DNA from: Eledone cirrhosa
Lineage: Eukaryota
Direction: 5' to 3'
Length of the DNA stretch: 64,000 nt
Assembly (NCBI GenBank): GCA_964016885.1
Contig: OZ024745.1
Span: 310,001 to 374,000, forward strand
This document shows positions 54,101-64,000 of this stretch, piece by piece. The notes under the pieces were generated by a model that had not been told where the DNA came from, did not search any database, and was given only the letters and a program-made list of their open reading frames with translations. The number at the start of each line of letters is the position of its first letter. Position 1 is the first letter of the stretch. The position numbers and the translations under genes were made by a program.

Positions 54101-57100
54101 TACCTTTTGTCATGTCACCAACACAACCACTTTACAGTGTGAACTGGGTACCTTTTGTCATGTCACCAACACAACCACTTTACAATGTGAACTGGGTACC
54201 TGTTGTCATGTCACCAACTCAACCACTTTACAGTGTGAACTGGGTACCTTTTGTCATGTCACCAACACAACCACTTTACAACGTGAACTGGGTACCTGTT
54301 GTCATGTTACCAACACAACCACTTTACAATGTGAACTGGGTACCTGTTGTCATGTCACCAACACAACCACTTTATAGTGTGAACTGGGTACCTGTTGTCA
54401 TGTCACCAACACAACCACTTTACAGTGTGAACTGGGTACCTGTTGCATGTCACCAACACAACCACTTTACAGTGTGAACTGGGTACCTGTTGTCATGTCA
54501 CCAACACAACCACTTTACAATGTGAACTGGGTACCTTTTGTCATGTCACCAACACAACCACTTTACAGTGTGAACTGGGTACCTGTTGTCATGTCACCAA
54601 CACACCCACTTTACAGTGTGAACTGGGTACCTTTTGTCATGTCACCAACACAACCATTTTACAATGTGAACTGGGTACCTGTTGTAATGTCACCAACACA
54701 ACCACTTTACAGTGTGAACTGGGTACCTGTTGTCATGTCACCAACACAACCACTTTACAGTGTGAAGTGGGTACCTTTTGCATGTCACCAACACAACCAC
54801 TTTACAATGTGAACTGGGTACCTGTTGTCATGTCACCAACACAACCACTTTACAGTGTGAACTGGGTACCTTTTGTCATGTCACCAACACAACCACTTTA
54901 CAGTGTGAACTGGGTACCTTTTGTCATGTCACCAACACAACCACTTTACAGTGTGAACTGGGTACCTGTTGTCATGTCACCAACACAACCACTTTACAGT
55001 GTGAACTGGGTACCTTTTGTCATGTCACCAACACAACCACTTTACAGTGTGAACTGGGTACCTTTTGTCATGTCACCAACACAACCACTTTACAACGTGA
55101 ACTGGGTACCTGTTGTCATGTCACCAACACAACCACTTTACAATGTGAACTGGGTACCTGTTGTCATGTCACCAACACAACCACTTTATAGTGTGAACTG
55201 GGTACCTGTTGTCATGTCACCAACACAACCACTTTACAGTGTGAACTGGGTACCTGTTGCATGTCACCAACACAACCACTTTACAGTGTGAACTGGGTAC
55301 CTGTTGTCATGTCACCAACACAACCACTTTACAATGTGAACTGGGTACCTTTTGTCATGTCACCAACACAACCACTTTACAGTGTGAAGTGGGTACCTGT
55401 TGTCATGTCACCAACACAACCACTTTACAATGTGAACTGGGTACCTTTTGTCATGTCACCAACACAACCACTTTACAGTGTGAACTGGGTACCTGTTGTC
55501 ATGTCACCAACACAACCACTTTACAGTGTGAACTGGGTACCTGTTGTCATGTCACCAACACAACCACTTTACAGTGTGAACTGGGTACCTGTTGTCATGT
55601 CACCAACACAACCACTTTACAGTGTGAACTGGGTACCTGTTGTCATGTCACCAACACAACCACTTTACAGTGTGAACTGGGTACCTGTTGTCATGTCACC
55701 AACACAACCACTTTACAGTGTGAACTGGGTACCTGTTGTCATGTCACCAACACAACCACTTTACAGTGTGAACTGGGTACCTGTTGTCATGTCACCAACA
55801 CAACCACTTTATAGTGTGAACTGGGTACCTGTTGTCATGTCACCAACACAACCACTTTACAGTGTGAACTGGGTACCTGTTGTCATGTCACCAACACACC
55901 CACTTTACAGTGTGAACTGGGTACCTTTTGTCATGTCACCAACACAACCACTTTACAGTGTGAAGTGGGTACCTGTTGTCATGTCACCAACACAACCACT
56001 TTACAATGTGAACTGGGTACCTTTTGTCATGTCACCAACACAACCACTTTACAGTGTGAACTGGGTACCTGTTGTCATGTCACCAACACAACCACTTTAC
56101 AGTGTGAACTGGGTACCTGTTGTCATGTCACCAACACAACCACTTTACAGTGTGAACTGGGTACCTGTTGTCATGTCACCAACACAACCACTTTACAGTG
56201 TGAACTGGGTACCTTTTGCCATGTCACCAACACAACCACTTTACAGTGTGAACTGGGTACCTGTTGTCATGTCACCAACACAACCACTTTACAGTGTGAA
56301 CTGGGTACCTGTTGTCATGTCACCAACACAACCACTTTACAGTGTGAACTGGGTACCTGTTGTCATGTCACCAACACACCCACTTTACAGTGTGAACTGG
56401 GTACCTGTTGTCATGTCACCAACACACCCACTTTACAGTGTGAACTGGGTACCTTTTGTCATGTCACCAACACAACCATTTTACAATGTGAACTGGGTAC
56501 CTGTTGTAATGTCACCAACACAACCACTTTACAGTGTGAACTGGGTACCTGTTGTCATGTCACCAACACAACCACTTTACAGTGTGAAGTGGGTACCTTT
56601 TGCATGTCACCAACACAACCACTTTACAATGTGAACTGGGTACCTGTTGTCATGTCACCAACACAACCACTTTACAGTGTGAACTGGGTACCTTTTGTCA
56701 TGTCACCAACACAACCACTTTACAGTGTGAACTGGGTACCTTTTGTCATGTCACCAACACAACCACTTTACAGTGTGAACTGGGTACCTGTTGTCATGTC
56801 ACCAACACAACCACTTTACAGTGTGAACTGGGTACCTTTTGTCATGTCACCAACACAACCACTTTACAGTGTGAACTGGGTACCTTTTGTCATGTCACCA
56901 ACACAACCACTTTACAACGTGAACTGGGTACCTGTTGTCATGTCACCAACACAACCACTTTACAATGTGAACTGGGTACCTGTTGTCATGTCACCAACAC
57001 AACCACTTTATAGTGTGAACTGGGTACCTGTTGTCATGTCACCAACACAACCACTTTACAGTGTGAACTGGGTACCTGTTGCATGTCACCAACACAACCA

Positions 57101-58563
57101 CTTTACAGTGTGAACTGGGTACCTGTTGTCATGTCACCAACACAACCACTTTACAATGTGAACTGGGTACCTTTTGTCATGTCACCAACACAACCACTTT
57201 ACAGTGTGAAGTGGGTACCTGTTGTCATGTCACCAACACAACCACTTTACAATGTGAACTGGGTACCTTTTGTCATGTCACCAACACAACCACTTTACAG
57301 TGTGAACTGGGTACCTGTTGTCATGTCACCAACACAACCACTTTACAGTGTGAACTGGGTACCTGTTGTCATGTCACCAACACAACCACTTTACAGTGTG
57401 AACTGGGTACCTGTTGTCATGTCACCAACACAACCACTTTACAGTGTGAACTGGGTACCTGTTGTCATGTCACCAACACAACCACTTTACAGTGTGAACT
57501 GGGTACCTGTTGTCATGTCACCAACACAACCACTTTACAGTGTGAACTGGGTACCTGTTGTCATGTCACCAACACAACCACTTTACAGTGTGAACTGGGT
57601 ACCTGTTGTCATGTCACCAACACAACCACTTTATAGTGTGAACTGGGTACCTGTTGTCATGTCACCAACACAACCACTTTACAGTGTGAACTGGGTACCT
57701 GTTGTCATGTCACCAACACACCCACTTTACAGTGTGAACTGGGTACCTTTTGTCATGTCACCAACACAACCACTTTACAGTGTGAAGTGGGTACCTGTTG
57801 TCATGTCACCAACACAACCACTTTACAATGTGAACTGGGTACCTTTTGTCATGTCACCAACACAACCACTTTACAGTGTGAACTGGGTACCTGTTGTCAT
57901 GTCACCAACACAACCACTTTACAGTGTGAACTGGGTACCTGTTGTCATGTCACCAACACAACCACTTTACAGTGTGAACTGGGTACCTGTTGTCATGTCA
58001 CCAACACAACCACTTTACAGTGTGAACTGGGTACCTTTTGCCATGTCACCAACACAACCACTTTACAGTGTGAACTGGGTACCTGTTGTCATGTCACCAA
58101 CACAACCACTTTACAGTGTGAACTGGGTACCTGTTGTCATGTCACCAACACAACCACTTTACAGTGTGAACTGGGTACCTGTTGTCATGTCACCAACACA
58201 CCCACTTTACAGTGTGAAGTGGGTACCTTTTGTCATGTCACCAACACAACCACTTTACAGTGTGAACTGGGTACCTTTTGTCATGTCACCAACATAACCA
58301 TTTTACAATGTGAACTGGGTACCTGTTGTCATGTCACCAACACAACCACTTTACAGTGTGAACTGGGTACCTGTTGTCATGTCACCAACACAACCACTTT
58401 ACAGTGTGAACTGGGTACCTGTTGTCATGTCACCAACACAACCACTTTACAATGTGAACTGGGTACCTGTTGTCATGTCACCAACACAACCACTTTACAA
58501 TGTGAACTGGGTACCTGTTGTCATGTCACCAACACAACCACTTTACAGTGTGAACTGGGTGCA
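42104..58563. repeat. 48-bp satellite array, ~16.5 kb (~340 units), with higher-order repeats
   Basis: Unit tgtcaccaacacaaccactttacagtgtgaactgggtacct(g/t)ttgtca; 16-aa periodicity in the ORF track. Confidence 0.99.
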
Positions 58564-58774
58564 TGTATGTAGGGTGGGGATTGGTGAGGTATGTCTAGGG
58601 TGAGGCACTTAGATGGTGAAGGGTGGAGTTTTTGTATGTGGGTGAAGGGTGGAGTGTTATATATTATTTTTTTTAATTGACCGACTATATTAACTGCAAA
58701 ATTATTGAATGAAGCTCAACAGAAATGAAATTATTTTTTTTTATATTTGACAAATATTTGACTGCATAAACTAT

Positions 58775-59290
58775 TAGTATTTTACACTACTAATATCTGA
58801 AAGAGACTGTACTACTATATACCTCTAATATATAAACACTAGTATTTTACACTACTAATATCTGAAAGAGACTGTACTACTATATACCTCTAATATATAA
58901 ACACTAGTATTTTACACTACTAATATCTGAAAGAGACTGTACTACTATACACCTCTAATATATAAACACTAGTATTTTACACTACTAATATCTGAAAGAA
59001 ACTGTACTACTATATACCTCTAATATATAAACACTAGTATTTTACACTACTAATATCTGAAAGAGACTGTACTACTATACACCTCTAATATATAAACACT
59101 AGTATTTTACACTACTAATATCTGAAAGAGACTGTACTACTATACACCTCTAATATATAAACACTAGTATTTTACACTACTAATATCTGAAATAGACTGT
59201 ACTACTGTGTAACTTGACACTAGTATTTTAGCTACTAATATCTGAAAGAGATTGTACTACTATACACCTCTAATATATTTTACACTACTA
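58775..59290. repeat. 65-bp minisatellite, ~8 copies
   Basis: ctagtattttacactactaatatctgaaagagactgtactactatatacctctaatatataaaca; period 58839 to 58904. Confidence 0.95.
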
Positions 59291-59669
59291 ACAATGCTAG
59301 ATATCAATATCTAGACGAAGTAAGGCTACTGTCGATATTTTAATGTATTTTAACAGTAGATAGCACTAGAATCTAATCTAAAAGAAATCCTGTCTTGTTT
59401 TTTAAGCATACGAACGATGTCGATATGCATTTCATTTTTCGAACATGTAGCTTACTCAAAATGAGTTGAAAACGTTAAAATTTTAACGACGACGAGGTAG
59501 CCATCCAGATCATTTGGAGACGGTTGCTTCTGATAGGACCCTCTAGATAACGGGATCTGAGTACTTTACCTCAACGACTCTCTCGGGTATAAGAGGTCGA
59601 AGAAAAAGAGAAGACAACAACAACAAAAGGAATTAGGAGGGTGTTGTTTTTCTTATAATCTTGCTTAGT

Positions 59670-59972
59670 ATGAATTCAAATCCCGCATAGGTTAGCTTTG
59701 CCCTTCATCTTTACGGGATTGATAAAATAAAGTACCAATAACACACTGGACTCGATTTAATCAACTTTCCCCTAACCCAAATCAGAAACCCTTACCTTAG
59801 TAGATTAATAATTGTTTCAATATTTGGCACAAGGCAACAATTTTGGGGGCGGGGAAAGTCGATTAAATCGACTCCAGTATGTTACTGGTTAATAATTGTT
59901 TCTACTTTTGGCACAATGCCAGCAATTACCAGTACATTACTGGTACTTTATTTTATCGACCCCCGTAAGGAT
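59670..59972. mobile_element. SINE S1 fragments (plus 59670-59790; minus 59806-59889 and 59890-59972)
   Basis: B box, central motif and tail sequences. Confidence 0.75.
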
Positions 59973-60719
59973 GCTGAATTAGGGCCTAGTGTGACCACCC
60001 TTTACAGTGTACATCTAGGACAGGGCAGAGATGGATTAAGGCCTACTGAGACCCTAAGAACTTCAAATATTATGGTACCCACCCCGTCCCATATATAAAG
60101 TCTGCAAATAGGATTATTTAACGACAAATACATTTAGTTTTAATAAAATGGTGCCCTAAACATGGGCTTATTTTGCTTAATAGTTAACCCAATACCCCTC
60201 TAGGACAACATTATCCTATGTGTACAATTTTTTTTTAAATGTTTGAAGATGGTAGGGTGAGATTTGGTTGCTGTTTTTAGCACGTCAAGTAATCACGTAG
60301 CAGATCCTCTTCCTTCCTTGAGTAGTAGCAATTGCTATACAGTGATGTTAGGACAATAGTAGTAGAAGTATCTGGCAGTTTTCCGACGAACCCCCGTGTG
60401 GTGCCAGAAGATAGGATTAAACCTTCTACAAAGAGTGTTTAGTTAATATGAAATATCGAAATATGTTTCTGCTTTCAAGTATAATTTAACAGCTACTTGT
60501 AGCTTGGAAATATTCCGACCACTGCACCTACTTACTACATCTTACTTGCTCTACATTACACGGCACTAAAAATAAAAATTTCCATTTCAAGGCCATCACA
60601 GCTCAATATCCACCTATTTTATTGAAGCAAGCTGATTACAACAATAACAACAGCAGGTAAACAAAAAGTTGTGTGCTTATGTAATCGCATGAGATAAATA
60701 ATTATAGAAGATATATCCC

Positions 60720-60990
60720 ACAATGCTTTGTGGTATTAGTTCCGGCTCTCTCCTCTCTGAGTTCAAATCCCGTCGAGGTCAACTTTGTCTTTCATCATTT
60801 CGTGGTTGATAAAAAAAATTACCAGTCAAATACTGGAGTGGATTCTTTTCCCCTTTCCATGTATCTGTCTATCACTCTCTCTTTCTCTGAAAGAAATCTA
60901 CTGTATTTAAACATGGGGAAGAGATGGGCACCGCCAGGTTTTAAGAATGCCCAAGAATCGCCGTACATCATATCGGGGCCCCTACATTGC
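60720..60990 (+). mobile_element. SINE S1-like element with alternative 3' extension
   Basis: ctctctgagttcaaatcccgtcgaggtcaactttgtctttcatc...agatgggcaccgccaggttttaagaatgccca, as at 18683-18960. Confidence 0.6.
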
Positions 60991-61076
60991 AACAGTAACT
61001 GAAGACTTGGTCGCCAAGTGTTTCCGGACAGATGGAGCCACAACTTCATGAAACCTCTTGTACTTCTACTGTTTAT

Positions 61077-61082
61077 TATTAT

Positions 61083-61120
<38 letters not shown>

Positions 61121-61857
61121 ATATATTATATATATATATATATTATATATATATATATATTATATATATATATATATTATATATATATATATATTATATA
61201 TATATATATATTATATATATATATATATTATATATATATATATATTATATATATATATATATTATATATATATATATTATATATATATATATTATATATA
61301 TATATATTATATATATATATATTATATATATATATATTATATATATATATATTATATATATATATTATATATATATATATATTATATTATATATATATAT
61401 TATATATATATATATATTATATATATATATATATTATATATATATATATATTATATATATATATATATTATATATATATATATATTATATATATATATAT
61501 TATATATATATATATATTATATATATATATATATTATATATATATATATATTATATATATATATATATTATATATATATATATTATATATATATATATTA
61601 TATATATATATTATATATTATATATATATATATTATATATATATATATTATATATATATATTATATATATATATATATATTATATATATATATATTATAT
61701 ATATATATTATATATATATATATATTATATATATATATATTATATATATATATATTATATATATATATATTATATATATATATATTATATATATATATAT
61801 TATATATATATATTATATATATATATTATATATATATATATTATATATATATATTAT

Positions 61858-61930
<73 letters not shown>

Positions 61931-61941
61931 TATATATATAA
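61077..61941. repeat. ~860-bp interrupted (TA)n microsatellite
   Basis: Direct inspection. Confidence 0.99.
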
Positions 61942-63703
61942 TAAAGATGCCTATACTCTACCCACGTATTAAGTACCTTTTTAAACTGGTATCTCCGCGA
62001 CACAACTCGAGAATTTACAATGCAAATAAGTCCGTGTTTAGTTCCTTTTGCCCGCCATGGAGTATTGGGCGACGAGAGTTCCGTACGATTAGAAGCCCTG
62101 TCACAGGTCTGCTCTCATACCAGGTATCTGCTCGACCTTTCGGATCAATTTTAATAAAATGAAGGCAAGGGTTTGTAACCTCACGCTTCACAACACAGGT
62201 CAAAAATTAACCTAGCATCTCGAATTGAAAAGAGTAGGGAGGGATTCCGTAACCCTAGCTAGGGGTCCATTCCAAGTACTGTTAGTTGGAGCCAGCTAAG
62301 CCGCCTGTCACTCTAATCACTTCACTCGATGTTCAAAGGAACATTAAATTTAGAGATGTAAACTGGAATCTCTCTCTCTCACGTGTGTGTGTATACGCAC
62401 ACACACACACACAAGAGAGAGAGAGTAGGCCTAAATACGAAATCGTTACATAGATGCAGTTTCGAATCTCAATTACGGTGTTAAGGGTTGTTCTGGAAGG
62501 TAACAAGTGACATCACCTGGCATTTACAATATGAGTCATATCATCAATACATGTGTGTGTATTTGGCGGTAACCATCGCCTCTGTTACCTTGTCATAGAG
62601 ACAGCAGTGTTTCGGTCATCCACGCTATCTAATGAATGTGCTAACAGTCTCTATAGTAACAAGCAGTAAAATACGTCATACCACTGACACACCCTGTTAG
62701 TCAGATGACAAGAGGTAATTTTCCACACCTTTGTCCTAACCTAAATAAAGAACTGTTCTTATATTAACAAATAGAAATCGTTCATTTATGTCCTTGTTAA
62801 CATAGCCATTATTTCATAAGCGGGTAAATTTACAATATCTCAAAGTATTTAGTTACGGAGTTGGAATCTCTTTGTTGTCACCTAAATGCTGAGCTGCTGT
62901 TAATAAATAAATAGTTAATTTGTTGTTTGTTGGTTAGTTTATTTAAGATTTCTCCCCATATTAAGAAAGGTGGGTAGGTTGACAGGTCGTTGGAAAAACT
63001 GCCTCAAAATATTTAGTTAACGTAACTTTATGCGGAATTCGAATCCATTCCAAGTCGATTTTGCCAATCATCTTTACGAGATTGATATAAGATGTCACAT
63101 ATGTTAGTAATCAATATTTCCAAGAGAAAGAAAGGTAGGTGCAATGTCAGAAATACCGGAGGACTGAATATTTTTCACAACACCCGGGTTGACTATATAA
63201 GATAAACCGAGTACCAGTCATATACTGTAGGTAGACAAACCTAGTACCGCTAACAGAAGGACTCCAAATGGCCATAAAGTCCTGAGTGAGAGGGTCAATG
63301 GGCCAAAACTGAGATGAGGTGTGTAGAAAGGAGGGGGAGTTTCTACCAAGTATGCTAATCTTATCCACACGCTACCCCTTACTTTTATTTTATACACACA
63401 CACACACAGTAGAACGGATATTTAGTTTGTTGGAAATTCAACAAATATATATGTTTATAACTGATTCAGAGCACTCGACAGCTTTCTGGAGTAAATAATT
63501 CAGCCTGTCTATGTAAATCCGTAAAAGTCGAGAAGTACCCGACCGATTTTTTTCAAACTTTACACATGCCATTTTCATTTTCAATATAAACGCTACTTAA
63601 ACATCATAAGTAGCGTATAATTCGTTAAAAATTTGGTTTATTTAACAGAGGACCATTTTCGGTGGATTGAGGAAATGAAGAGGACCTTAAAATTTTTGTC
63701 GGT

Positions 63704-63791
63704 GCCCTGTTGACGTTTCGTGCTTTCATTACGCGCAAATCCGGGCCCTGTTGACGTTTCGTGCTTTCATTACGCGCAAATCCGGGCCCTG
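63704..63791. repeat. 41-bp direct tandem duplication
   Basis: gccctgttgacgtttcgtgctttcattacgcgcaaatccgg at 63704 and 63745. Confidence 0.9.
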
Positions 63792-64000
63792 TGTACGTTG
63801 CCGTGTTACAGACACCGTAAAACTCACGTCTGTGCTATTTCTACTAAGACCCCTTTTGTTGCACCTACACCGCAGTATGAACGCCCTGCGCAAGTACGCC
63901 GAACAGCGGTTGTGCTAATTCCGCGGTGACCCCTCTGTAAACGCAGTGCAACCAGTGCCGCCCAGCGTTTGTGCTAATTGCACTATGCTAATTGCACCAT

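Noticed and set aside
42127-58603. Long ORFs of up to 828 aa (MSPTQPLYSVNWVPVV / HVTNTTTLQCELGTCC repeats)
   Set aside because: A 48-bp unit without stops in two frames produces these automatically; frames switch at random 1-bp indels and the unit derives from a retroposon UTR
60020-60200. Possible hAT-like MITE remnant (also 9991-10100)
   Set aside because: Terminal inverted repeats too degenerate and no TSD identified
62585-62660. Minus-strand GAAAC...GUC with flanking inverted repeat, hammerhead-like
   Set aside because: Core reads CUGUUAG instead of CUGANGA and stem I is out of register; at best a dead relic

Overview
Repeat-dominated animal genomic DNA with no recognisable host protein-coding exon. 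The AT richness, huge (TA)/(TACA) microsatellites, tRNA-type SINEs and RTE-clade LINEs suggest an octopod cephalopod, which is an inference from repeat style. It contains two different RTE-clade LINEs. One is a 987-aa APE-RT ORF on the minus strand with a PHD-type finger inserted in the RT C-terminus and inverted UTR homology at both ends. The other is a frameshifted plus-strand APE-RT element with three C-terminal C2H2 fingers. There are also four copies of a ~600-bp non-autonomous bipartite RTE derivative, about 15 SINE copies or fragments, and about 10 tandem arrays. A 16.5-kb 48-bp satellite with higher-order repeats was visibly born from the RTE 3'UTR, and a 45-bp array was born from a SINE head. 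The most notable signal is a cluster of three fold-back elements in (TA)n at 30.6-32.1 kb. Two of them carry type I hammerhead ribozyme motifs, three motifs in total, resembling Penelope-like/retrozyme motifs but with no coding sequence. Almost all long ORFs in the track are artefacts of tandem repeats. All alignments and folds were done by eye and coordinates of degenerate repeats are approximate.
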